64,000 nt of DNA, from assembly GCA_963710755.1 (NCBI GenBank), contig CAVQBK010000003.1:608001-672000 (forward strand), in the 5' to 3' direction. The stretch comes from an uncultured bacterium. GTDB taxonomy: Bacteria > Oederibacteriota > JAAXVQ01 > JAUVAV01. Below the pieces are notes generated by a model. The model was not told where the DNA came from. It saw only the letters and a list, made by a program, of their open reading frames with translations, and did no database searches. The position numbers were made by a program, and so were the translations under genes. How positions within the stretch are numbered: position 1 is the first letter of the stretch; every line of letters starts with the position of its first letter. Below, piece after piece: positions 9,500-18,405 of the stretch.

Positions 9500-9862
9500 A
9501 TGAAAACAGAATTTGAATTTACACTCCCGCGCGGCTATGTGGATGGCGAGGGCAACCTGCATCAAAAGGGCTGGATGCGGCTGGCTCGGGCCAAGGACAC
9601 CCTGCTGCCGCTGCAGGACCCCCGGGTTAAAAAAAATGAAAATTATCTGATACTTATTCTGCTTTCCCGGGTGGTTACCCGGCTGGGAAAATTAAAGATG
9701 GTCAATCCGCCCGTGATTGAAGGCTTGTTCGCGGCTGATCTGGCCTATCTTATGGAATTTTACCGCCGGATTAACGAAGCGCCTTTCCGGGAAATTGCCC
9801 TCCATTGCCAGGCATGTCAGAAGGATTATACCGGGCAGGTGAATTTATTGGGGGAATGGTAG
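9500..9862 (+). CDS. Tail assembly chaperone (gpG-like)
   Basis: KTEFEFTLPRGYVD..GNLH..G.MRLA.AKD...DPRV..N..YL...LF.ADL.YL..FY.RIN; CxxC; ends at a slippery GGGGGAA. Confidence 0.85.
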   Translation: MKTEFEFTLPRGYVDGEGNLHQKGWMRLARAKDTLLPLQDPRVKKNENYLILILLSRVVTRLGKLKMVNPPVIEGLFAADLAYLMEFYRRINEAPFREIALHCQACQKDYTGQVNLLGEW

Positions 9863-10026
9863 GCTACCCTTTGGAGTTGCTCCGCAAGGAGGTAGCCTAC
9901 ATTGCCTATCATTTCCATTGGAGCAAAGATGAGGTGCTGGCCATGGAGCATGGGGAACGCCAGGCCTGGTTACGGGAGATTGCCGATATCAACCGCCGTA
10001 TGAATGAAGGCCAGCCGGAAAGCTAG
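9856..10026 (+). CDS. DUF6760-like small protein (gpT-like half of the chaperone, probably also made as a -1 frameshift fusion)
   Basis: EVAYIAYHFHWSKDEVLAMEHGERQAWLREIADIN; lies in the -1 frame overlapping the chaperone stop. Confidence 0.8.
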   Translation: MVGYPLELLRKEVAYIAYHFHWSKDEVLAMEHGERQAWLREIADINRRMNEGQPES

Positions 10027-10240
10027 CCGGCAGGGGCGTGACTTCTCGCGCCCCTTCACGGCGGATGATCCTAATAAGCTTGTGGTGAAGCAGATATCGA
10101 AAATAGACTGCATTGTAAGTACTCAGGTCTTTTGCATATCTAAGCTGGCCAAAGACACGTTATCTACGCGCGGTATGCGCGGAATGGCCTGAGCAGTTAC
10201 ACCGTATTTATTTATGTTTTATTTTATTAATGTTCAAATG

Positions 10241-10289
10241 CTTCGTAACTCATCCATCACAGACTTGACAGGACTGATGAGTTACAAAG
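10241..10289. repeat. Inverted repeat / stem-loop upstream of sheath 2
   Basis: CTTCGTAACTCATC ... GATGAGTTACAAAG (13 of 14 complementary). Confidence 0.6.
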
Positions 10290-10298
10290 AAGGTACCT

Positions 10299-11816
10299 AT
10301 GCTTCGTTATCCTTCTCCAGGGGTATGGATTGAATCCACTGATAAAAATCCTTTGCCTCTGAAATTGACAACCACCAGTGCAGCCGGTTTCGTGGGCCTG
10401 GCCCAACGGGGGCCGCTGCATACGCCTGTACGCATTCACAGCTGGGAAGAGTTTAAAACCATTTTCGGGGAGCCTGTAACTTTTGCCCATCTGCCCTGGG
10501 CCGTGGCCGGCTATTTTGAAAATGGCGGCCAATCCTGCGTGGTGGTGCGGGTGGCTCATTTGGATCCCGGGCAGCCCACCACAGAAACATCGGCAGCTTC
10601 CCTTTTGCTGAACGATCAGGAACAAAAGCCCTATTTGCGCATTCAGGCCATTGAGCCCGGAACGTGGGGCAATGCCATCACCCTTTCCGTTGTGCCCTTG
10701 AACGAACCAGCCGGTGCCTTTCATTTTTTTGTGCAGTATAAGAAACAACGTGAGGAGTACCGGCAGGTATCGCTCGATCCCGGGCATGAGCGCTATGTGC
10801 TGAGCTATGTGAACAGCCATTCGCGCTTGATTCAGGTCGCCGCCGTGCCGGGGCTGAAGGATCCGTCTCCCATGTCCCTGGAAAATCTTTGCCTGGAAAA
10901 TGGCCGAGACGGTTTGGCGGCCATGCACCCAGGGGATTTTTTAGGGCAGCCCGAGGGGGAACAACCGGCCACAGGACTGCACGCTCTGCAGCGGTTTGAA
11001 GAGGCGGTGGTGCTGGCCATTCCCGATGCAGTGAACGTCCTGTTGTTTACTGGGCAGGATGGCGCACAGCAGGTGAAGATGATCCAACAGGGGCTGATCG
11101 ATTATTGCCATCTCCATCCCTTGCGCTTTGCCTTGTTGGATCCTCCCCCGACGTTGGACTTGGCGGGCATTACGGCCTGGCGCAGGCAATTTGATTCCAG
11201 CCGGGCGGCGCTTTATTATCCTTCGTTGCGTATTTTGGATAGCGACGGCCGGTTGCTCCAGCAACCGCCTAGCGGGCATGTAGCCGGTCTGCTGAGCCGG
11301 CTGGACCGGGAAAGCCTGATGAAAAAAAATCCAGCCAACGAACCCCTGGCCGGAGCCGTGGGCACATTGATGGAATTCGATGTGGCAAGTTTGGAATTGT
11401 TGCATCAGCGTCACATCAATCCCATTCGCACAATGAAAGGCCGCGGCCTGCGCGTGTGGGGTGCCCGCACCTTGAGCAGTGCTCCCGAATGGCGCCATAT
11501 CAACACCCGGCGCCTGATCTCGCGTATTGAACAAAGCCTGCAAGCCGGCATGGCCTGGGCCATTTTTGAACCTAATTACCCGGATTTATGGAAAACCCTG
11601 ATCCGCAGCGCCACCGGCTTTTTACTGGACCTTTGGAAAGACGGTTATCTGTCCGGCGTTACGCCCGAGGAGGCGTTTTACGTTAAATGCGATGAGGAAA
11701 CCAATCCCGAAGCCGAGCGTGACTTGGGCCGGGTAACCGTGGAAGTGGGGCTGGCCATTGCCCGCCCGGCGGAGTTTTTTGTGGTCAGAATATCGGAAAA
11801 GACCATGGAGGCGTAA
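10299..11816 (+). CDS. Second tail sheath protein
   Basis: PGVWIE; YFENGG; PGTWGN; RFALLDPP; PPSGHVAG; RVWGARTL; FEPN; RPAEF. Confidence 0.93.
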   Translation: MLRYPSPGVWIESTDKNPLPLKLTTTSAAGFVGLAQRGPLHTPVRIHSWEEFKTIFGEPVTFAHLPWAVAGYFENGGQSCVVVRVAHLDPGQPTTETSAASLLLNDQEQKPYLRIQAIEPGTWGNAITLSVVPLNEPAGAFHFFVQYKKQREEYRQVSLDPGHERYVLSYVNSHSRLIQVAAVPGLKDPSPMSLENLCLENGRDGLAAMHPGDFLGQPEGEQPATGLHALQRFEEAVVLAIPDAVNVLLFTGQDGAQQVKMIQQGLIDYCHLHPLRFALLDPPPTLDLAGITAWRRQFDSSRAALYYPSLRILDSDGRLLQQPPSGHVAGLLSRLDRESLMKKNPANEPLAGAVGTLMEFDVASLELLHQRHINPIRTMKGRGLRVWGARTLSSAPEWRHINTRRLISRIEQSLQAGMAWAIFEPNYPDLWKTLIRSATGFLLDLWKDGYLSGVTPEEAFYVKCDEETNPEAERDLGRVTVEVGLAIARPAEFFVVRISEKTMEA

Positions 11817-11854
11817 GCAGGGGTCCGTTTTGTCCTGTAAACCAAGGAGGCGCT

Positions 11855-12316
11855 ATGGGGATTTTTCAAACAGGTGGACGTAACGAGGACGCGCACGGCA
11901 GCCACAGTTTTTCCATCGACATTGACGGGTTGAGCTTGGGGCAATTCACCAACGCCAACGGGCTGGAGATGGAAACCGAAGTGGTGGAGTATCGCGAAGG
12001 CGGCAACAACCGGCAATCGTTGAAATTCCGGGGTGCCGGCCGTTATCCCAACATCACGCTGGAGCGTGGGTTTACCGCTTCCGACGAGCTGTGGCGATGG
12101 TTTGTGGACTGCCAAAGAGGGAGCGGGGCCATGCCGCGCAAAGACGGTTCCATTGTCCTTCACGACCAGGAAGGCAATGAAGTCTGCCGGTGGAATTTTT
12201 TTAGAGGCTGGCCATGCCGCTGGGTAGGGCCGGCGCTGCAATCAGAAGACAGTGGGGGATCGGTGGAGGTGCTGGAGATTGCCCATGAATTGCTGGAATT
12301 TCAAAAGGGGAGATAA
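11855..12316 (+). CDS. Second tail tube protein (Afp5-like)
   Basis: GLEMETEVVEYREGGNN...YPNITLERG...WPCRWVGP...LEIAHE. Confidence 0.93.
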   Translation: MGIFQTGGRNEDAHGSHSFSIDIDGLSLGQFTNANGLEMETEVVEYREGGNNRQSLKFRGAGRYPNITLERGFTASDELWRWFVDCQRGSGAMPRKDGSIVLHDQEGNEVCRWNFFRGWPCRWVGPALQSEDSGGSVEVLEIAHELLEFQKGR

Positions 12317-12322
12317 CCGGGC

Positions 12323-14737
12323 GTGACATTCGAAAGGATTTTGAAAAAACTAATTTTTGCCCGCCAAGCCTATATAACCGGCGCACGCTTTATGGAACAA
12401 GCTGAAAGAGCCGGCGATCCTGGGGAGCAACAAGAACTTCGTCAGCAGGCAGAGGGCCATTTTAGCCGGGCTCAAATCATCCATGCCGAATTGCAGCCCT
12501 GGCACGGCCAGGCCTGGCCGGAACAGCTGGGTCCGGAGCATGGAAAACAGATTGAAGCTGTGGAGCACAGCCTTACAACTTTAATGATCGGACCATGGTT
12601 GGGACGACAATACCGTTTGCTCTGGCCGCAGCTTGAGCGCGTCTGCCATTTGTTTCCACAAATGTTGAAACCCATTTATGAGCAGGCCCATCGCGGCAGC
12701 ATTCTTTTTCCCCAAGCTCCTGAAGGTGCCTATGCTGGGGGAGGCATGCCGGGCATGGCCCAGTCCGGCCTGGCCAAGCCTGCATTTTGGCGCCAGCTCG
12801 ATGTCTGGCAAAATGTCAATCAAGAACTTGTTACGGTGGTGGAACGTTCTTCTGAAGGGGAGCTCCCTTTTCCTCCGGAGGAAGGGGAAAAGACATCGAA
12901 AGCCATAGCCGGAAAGTCCGAACCTGCTGCTGCGATCACCTCCCAGGGGCTCCTGTCTACGGCCAATGCATCTCAACCTCAGGATACCGCCACCAAGGTA
13001 GAAGGGTCATTGTCCGGCGATAAATCTTTCCACCCGGCGCAAGAGAATGCAACGCCGAAAGCCATGACAGGAAAGTCCGAACCTGCTGCTGCGATCACCT
13101 CCCAGGGGCTCCTGTCTACGGACAATGCATCTCAACCTCAGGATACCGCCACCAAGGCGGAAGGGTCATTGCCCGGTGACAAATCTTTCCACCCGGCGCA
13201 AGACAATGCCGACCCGGAAGCCATGGCAGAAACTTCTGAATCTACGGGCTTGATTCCCTCCGGCAGCCCCATACCCACGGCTGATGATATCCAACTCCGG
13301 ACGTTCTTACCACCGCCGCCGCGGCTGCTTTTTTTCCACCTGGGAAAATCCAATCCTGGCGGCATACTTTATGATCCCACCGGTGAAGTCATGGAATGGC
13401 TTCACCCCCGTCACCAGGAGACACCGTTGGAAAACGATGGCCAAACCACTGCTACGCTGCAGGAAAAAATTCTGGAAAAGCTTCAGGTTCTGCGCCAGGC
13501 CATGGCCAAGCAGAACATTCGGCAGGTGCAGTGGATTGTAGCGCCGCCTACATCAACCGAAGCTTGGCAGCAGGTTAAACAAGCCGTACCGGCGGCTTAC
13601 AGTGAGCTATTTAACAACCAAGCTCACATCATGCCGGTTAGCGATTTTCAATGGGCTGCCTTCAGACAAAGCAGTCCGATTCCGGTGTTAAGCGCCCAGA
13701 GCTTGCCTTCGCCTGTGTCCCTGCCTTCTGCATTGGGGAAAGCCGACACTGCTGTCCGTCAGTCAATGGATAGTTCGGCAGCAACACCTGCTTTTACGCC
13801 GCCTCCGGGCCGTGTTGATTTTCAGGAAAGGGTGAACCCTCGCCCAACCGAACAGCCCCTGGCCATGCGCACCTCGCCAGGGCAGCCTTCGTCTGCATTC
13901 ACCAATTCCGTGGAAGCAGAAAAAGCTCAAAACTATTCACCTACGGTTGCCGGAGCCCAAGGGGTATGGCCTGAGCCACCTGAACCAGTGTTGCCAAGGT
14001 CAGCTGAATTTAAAACTGAAATTAATTCCTTTTTCCCACATCCAGCGGATAACCGCCTGCAGCCGGAATATCCTGCACCTCTGTCACCAGCGTCCGGGAC
14101 CATGCCGCCCATAACAACGTTTTCTTTGCCGCTAGTTGATGTAAAAGCCGCGGAGGCGCCATCCCACCCATCTGGGATGGGCGTAGCACAGATAAGGCCA
14201 TCGGGGACAGATAACTTAAAGAAAGTAAATGCCGGGCGGAGGGGCGAACAATTTTTTGCTCCTGCAACTGCTGCCCCCCGGGCATTGGCAGAACCGTCAT
14301 TGGCAATGCCCGGAAAGCGGGCCCTTAATACCGGTGTACCTTCATCCCTACTGCCTTTGACCGGGCCGGCCTCGCGCTCTACAAGTCCTGCGTTGCCCAA
14401 CCAGCCCAGGCCGGGCAAGACCGTTGCCCATTACGGCACGCCCTGGCAGCAATTGATTTTTCTTATTTCACGAAAATCCGGAAAGGCGGGATCTTCCTCG
14501 CAAGACCAGGTCACGCCGGCCGTTCACAGGGATGTTGCGGCCATTAGCACGCCCAGGGCGCAGGTTAACCCTCTGCGTCTGGCTGCTGAAGACCGGTCCG
14601 GATTCACGGCGCCAACCGGGCGCAATACTCCGCGCCGCCAATTTATACAAGAAGCGGCCCAGATGTTTTACCGCTGGTACACGCGGTTGAAGAAGCAAGA
14701 GTCTGAACGGCAGACCATGGGACAAGGCGGGTTATGA
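12323..14737 (+). CDS. Long low-complexity Pro/Ala/Ser-rich protein; candidate tape measure or cargo
   Basis: 804 aa, follows tube 2; internal 53-aa duplication; basic helical C-terminus (QMFYRWYTRLKKQESER). Confidence 0.5.
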   Translation: MTFERILKKLIFARQAYITGARFMEQAERAGDPGEQQELRQQAEGHFSRAQIIHAELQPWHGQAWPEQLGPEHGKQIEAVEHSLTTLMIGPWLGRQYRLLWPQLERVCHLFPQMLKPIYEQAHRGSILFPQAPEGAYAGGGMPGMAQSGLAKPAFWRQLDVWQNVNQELVTVVERSSEGELPFPPEEGEKTSKAIAGKSEPAAAITSQGLLSTANASQPQDTATKVEGSLSGDKSFHPAQENATPKAMTGKSEPAAAITSQGLLSTDNASQPQDTATKAEGSLPGDKSFHPAQDNADPEAMAETSESTGLIPSGSPIPTADDIQLRTFLPPPPRLLFFHLGKSNPGGILYDPTGEVMEWLHPRHQETPLENDGQTTATLQEKILEKLQVLRQAMAKQNIRQVQWIVAPPTSTEAWQQVKQAVPAAYSELFNNQAHIMPVSDFQWAAFRQSSPIPVLSAQSLPSPVSLPSALGKADTAVRQSMDSSAATPAFTPPPGRVDFQERVNPRPTEQPLAMRTSPGQPSSAFTNSVEAEKAQNYSPTVAGAQGVWPEPPEPVLPRSAEFKTEINSFFPHPADNRLQPEYPAPLSPASGTMPPITTFSLPLVDVKAAEAPSHPSGMGVAQIRPSGTDNLKKVNAGRRGEQFFAPATAAPRALAEPSLAMPGKRALNTGVPSSLLPLTGPASRSTSPALPNQPRPGKTVAHYGTPWQQLIFLISRKSGKAGSSSQDQVTPAVHRDVAAISTPRAQVNPLRLAAEDRSGFTAPTGRNTPRRQFIQEAAQMFYRWYTRLKKQESERQTMGQGGL
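12897..13214 (+). repeat. Two tandem near-identical 159-bp in-frame repeats (a partial third follows)
   Basis: Units start CGAAAGCCAT at 12897 and 13056; both encode GKSEPAAAITSQGLLST.NASQPQDTATK.EGSL.GDKSFHPAQ. Confidence 0.9.
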
Positions 14738-15432
14738 GCATACACTTTCGCAAAATCAAAGTCACCGTGCGCTTTAACAACAGCGGAGAAGCCAAGCCGG
14801 ATTTAGCGGACATTAAACCGTCAGAAGAAACCCCGCCGGCTTGGTTGGCGGGGATTAAGCCGCAGCCTCTGGATATGAGCACGCAAAACGCTTATAGGTC
14901 CATTTTGGGGGATATGAGCGACGTGCGGATTTTTCAGCATCCTGCTTTTTCCACGGCCCTGGATCAACTGCGTGCTGATGCAGCTGCCCAGGGAAAAGAT
15001 ATTTTTATACGGCAAGGCAAATTCAACCTGGACACAGCCGAGGGCCGAGGTCTGCTGGCCCATGAATTGACCCATGCAGCGCAGGATAGCGCCATGGACC
15101 CGGGTGCAGCCGAACAGGCAGCGTTGTATCAGGAAAAAGCCGCACGCACCAGGGAAAAAGCCGGGCCTGACCGGCCGGCTTCCCGTCCTGCTTTAGGTAA
15201 GAAGCCCGATCTTGCTGCCGGCCAACCTGCTGTCTTGCGCACGGCAGCCAAAGATCGCTCCCTGGCCGGGACCAGTGCAACAGGCATTCCTTCAGATGGC
15301 TGGCCGGTGCAGCTGGCCAGTGGAGAGCTGGCTTTTTTGTCGCGCACGGAATTGCAGCAGGCCTTTTATTTGGCAAAGAAGTTGATTGAAGAGCAGGGCA
15401 ATGAATTCGAAGGGTCAGGTCCGCAGGTTTAA
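14734..15432 (+). CDS. DUF4157 (eCIS core domain) protein
   Basis: PLD....Y..ILGDMSDVRI...ADAAAQGKDIF...GLLAHELTHAAQ. Confidence 0.85.
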   Translation: MSIHFRKIKVTVRFNNSGEAKPDLADIKPSEETPPAWLAGIKPQPLDMSTQNAYRSILGDMSDVRIFQHPAFSTALDQLRADAAAQGKDIFIRQGKFNLDTAEGRGLLAHELTHAAQDSAMDPGAAEQAALYQEKAARTREKAGPDRPASRPALGKKPDLAAGQPAVLRTAAKDRSLAGTSATGIPSDGWPVQLASGELAFLSRTELQQAFYLAKKLIEEQGNEFEGSGPQV

Positions 15433-15470
15433 AAAGCACGGGGACAAAGTTGAGAATGAAGAGGGGCGGG

Positions 15471-17450
15471 ATGACGGAACCGGATACTGTTTTAGATATG
15501 CGACAGGAGAAGGCAATGGAAGCCGGGGCCCGCGCCTCCGTTCTGAATGCTTTCACCCATTATCTGCTGCGCCAGTCCCTGGCCTCACCGGCCAATCTGC
15601 AAGCTTTGGCCGGACAGCAGCAGCGCGAAAGCATGGCCCGCCGGATTATCCAGGACAGCCAACGCCTGTCCGGCATCAGCGGCCTGCTGCCCGGCCTGAC
15701 CCAAACCCTGGGCATCGCGCAGGGCAGCGTGGGCGTGCATGCGGATGCACCGGCCCAAGCCGCGGCCGAGGTGCTCGGCGCGCGGGCCTTTACCCTGGGC
15801 AATGAGATTTATTTGGGACCAGGCGAAAACCGTCTGGGCACCCTGGAAGGCAAACAACTTCTGGCGCATGAACTGACCCACGCCGCCCAGCAAAGCGTCC
15901 AAGCTGCCAATCATCCTGCCGGCAAAGGCATGGCTGCAGTGGACATGCCCCTCAGGGAAGACCAGGCTGAAGCCGTGGAGCGCGCCTGGGCACGGATAGA
16001 AGCCAAGGCCGCCAACAAGCCTTTGCTGCAAATCGACCAGCTTGAAGTCTTGCCCACGCCCGGCCGGACCGTCGGCGTTGAGGCGTCCATGACCCTGGCC
16101 CTGGCCCGCCATATGCTGCCGGGTATGCTGCAAGAAGCCATTGTCAGGGATGCACGGTTGCATGAAGCGCTGCTGTTGGGAGAGGTGGAGTGCGGGGACG
16201 TGGAAATCAGGATTGAAGGCCTGTCTCCAAGCACGGATTTTCATTTTAAGGCAAAACAAATCGCCGAGAAAGCGACGGCAAAATTACTGGAAATTTATAA
16301 ATCCAGGTTGGCGGGCGCTCAAGGCGTTCAACCCAAGCAGCACATTGTTCAATATAAAAGAAAGTCCAATCGCAACTCCAAACAAGAGGCTATACCTGCG
16401 TATGAGCCCATAACCGTCATTCCCTATATTCCTAAATTTAAATACAGAGGCAGCGTATGGGACGTGCCTGCGGTCGTGGACAATATAGGCATCAATTTAG
16501 TTAACGGTGCATCCTCCCTGGTTAACGGGCTGGTTTCAGAAAGTGGCTATATTGTCAAACACGGCCCTTGGAATTACTGCAAGGCCGCAATGATCAGCTA
16601 TAAGCATATGGGGTTATCGATAGGAAATTATTTTAAAAATTTATGGGGATATACCATCCACACGTCGGTTAAAACGCAATTTAAAGATGCGTTGCGAACT
16701 TATGCCAGCCCGGATTATTGGGAAGCCATTGGCACCTTTGCCGCAGGCATTTTGCTGACGAAAAAAATGGGCGCTGTTTCTGAAAACATCGGCAAAAACG
16801 TTTTGGCTGGTTTCAAGCGAATACCCCGGCTAAGAATAATTGCTAAAATTAGAAATGTGATTAAGAAACCGGTTGCTGTTATCAGGCAAAACACGGCTGA
16901 ATTGGAAATGTTGTACCGCGATGCTGCAATTGCAGATAAGGAATTAAAAAGCGTCACCGTGAAAATTGCGGCTGAAAACGGCGGCCAGGCAAAATTCCCG
17001 CCTGGCGGGGGGTTGAAGGAAAGGACAAGAGTTTTGCAAAAAATAGCCACCGATTATAATGGTGATCCATCGCAATTACTGGATATATCCAGATCAACCA
17101 TCGAATTTGATAAACTTGATGATCTTTATAACACACTTGGGAAAATATCTAAAGAGTACAAAATCGTCCGGATCAAAGACAGATTCAAAACACCAAACCC
17201 CAGTGGATACCGCGATATTATGATCAATATGGAGATGTCCAATGGACATGTTGTGGAAATGCAATTGCATCTAAAGTCCATTTTGAAGGCCAAAAAGCTG
17301 GAAACACCCATCTATAATAAAATCAGAGATATTCAGGCGATGGTCATTAAGGAGAACCGGAAGCTTACCCTCAAAGAAAGATATCAAGTGAAAAAATTGC
17401 TGAGAAGATCAAGAAAACTTTACAAGGCAGCATTAAAAGAATCAAAATGA
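15471..17450 (+). CDS. DUF4157 protein with C-terminal RelA/SpoT-type alarmone synthetase (Tas1/Apk-like toxin) domain
   Basis: VHAD...LGARAFTLGNEIY...LLAHELTHAAQQ; C-terminal LKERTRVLQKI, LLDISRSTI, SGYRDIMIN, VEMQLH; 3' half visibly AT-rich. Confidence 0.85.
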   Translation: MTEPDTVLDMRQEKAMEAGARASVLNAFTHYLLRQSLASPANLQALAGQQQRESMARRIIQDSQRLSGISGLLPGLTQTLGIAQGSVGVHADAPAQAAAEVLGARAFTLGNEIYLGPGENRLGTLEGKQLLAHELTHAAQQSVQAANHPAGKGMAAVDMPLREDQAEAVERAWARIEAKAANKPLLQIDQLEVLPTPGRTVGVEASMTLALARHMLPGMLQEAIVRDARLHEALLLGEVECGDVEIRIEGLSPSTDFHFKAKQIAEKATAKLLEIYKSRLAGAQGVQPKQHIVQYKRKSNRNSKQEAIPAYEPITVIPYIPKFKYRGSVWDVPAVVDNIGINLVNGASSLVNGLVSESGYIVKHGPWNYCKAAMISYKHMGLSIGNYFKNLWGYTIHTSVKTQFKDALRTYASPDYWEAIGTFAAGILLTKKMGAVSENIGKNVLAGFKRIPRLRIIAKIRNVIKKPVAVIRQNTAELEMLYRDAAIADKELKSVTVKIAAENGGQAKFPPGGGLKERTRVLQKIATDYNGDPSQLLDISRSTIEFDKLDDLYNTLGKISKEYKIVRIKDRFKTPNPSGYRDIMINMEMSNGHVVEMQLHLKSILKAKKLETPIYNKIRDIQAMVIKENRKLTLKERYQVKKLLRRSRKLYKAALKESK

Positions 17451-17462
17451 AGGAGCTATAAA

Positions 17463-17681
17463 ATGTGCTGGTTCAAAAATGAATATTATATCGTAGGAAA
17501 CCGTCCGGTCAAATTTATTACGGATTTTAGTGGAATGGATATTTTAGCCTATGATTGGAAGAAAAAAACTTTTGTCAGGGATATGAGTTATTTGTCCAAG
17601 GTTTTTTCTTCAGAGGAAGTTGAGCAAGTCAGCAAATGGGCTTTTAACGCTTATGTTAAAAAATTGAAAACTGAAAAATGA
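17463..17681 (+). CDS. Small protein, candidate immunity protein
   Basis: 72 aa, AAGGAG RBS, 12 nt after the toxin stop, same AT-rich composition. Confidence 0.65.
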   Translation: MCWFKNEYYIVGNRPVKFITDFSGMDILAYDWKKKTFVRDMSYLSKVFSSEEVEQVSKWAFNAYVKKLKTEK

Positions 17682-17699
17682 GTTAAGAAGGAGGACCCC

Positions 17700-18326
17700 A
17701 TGACCACATCCCTGGAAAAGGCCACCATCACCAATCTGGACACCAATGAGGAAATCAGGGTGTTGTTCAATCCCAAGGAGTACGAGCTTTCCAAGCAGAC
17801 GCCCTGGCGGGAGCATGTGATCCAGGGGCTGGATTCGCCGGCTGTGCAGTTCACCACCGGCGAGCGGCAGGTACTGGCCATGGAATTGTTTTTCGATACC
17901 ACCGATGATAACAGCGACGTGCGCAGCCATACGGAAAAGGTGGAAAAGCTCATGCTGGTGGACGCGGACCTGCACCGGCCGCCTCTGGTCATGTTCAGCT
18001 GGGGTAGAATGAAGTTCAAGGGCGTGCTGGAAGACTTGGCCCAGCGCTACACCATGTTTTTAAGCGACGGCACGCCGGTGCGGGCGGTGCTGAATGTGAT
18101 CCTGCGCGAGTACGCCACTTCGGCCAGCCAGTTTCAGGCCAAACCGCGCAACAGCGCGGACCATACCAAGGTGAAAAAAATGGAGCAGGGTGACAGCCTG
18201 GCCAGCCTCGCCAACCGTGAATACCATGACCCGGAAAAATGGCGGGTGATCGCCGAAGCCAATGGGATTGATGATCCCATGAATGTGCCGGTGGGCAAGA
18301 CCCTGAAACTGCCGCCGATCAAATAA
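17700..18326 (+). CDS. CIS tube initiator with LysM domain (Afp7-like)
   Basis: LEKATI...FNPKEY...LFFDT...RPPLV.F.WG...F.SDGTPVRA; GDSLASLA.REY.DP..WRVIAEAN. Confidence 0.9.
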   Translation: MTTSLEKATITNLDTNEEIRVLFNPKEYELSKQTPWREHVIQGLDSPAVQFTTGERQVLAMELFFDTTDDNSDVRSHTEKVEKLMLVDADLHRPPLVMFSWGRMKFKGVLEDLAQRYTMFLSDGTPVRAVLNVILREYATSASQFQAKPRNSADHTKVKKMEQGDSLASLANREYHDPEKWRVIAEANGIDDPMNVPVGKTLKLPPIK

Positions 18327-18405
18327 CTATCCACAAGGGTGATTCAATCCAGGGAAATCATCCTTGTGGCGGACTCGTCATATTTACACTATAAGGAGAC
18401 TCACC

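Noticed and set aside
12897-13214. CRISPR array or DGR template/variable repeat pair
   Set aside because: Contiguous in-frame coding repeats with no spacers; no cas or reverse transcriptase gene in the window
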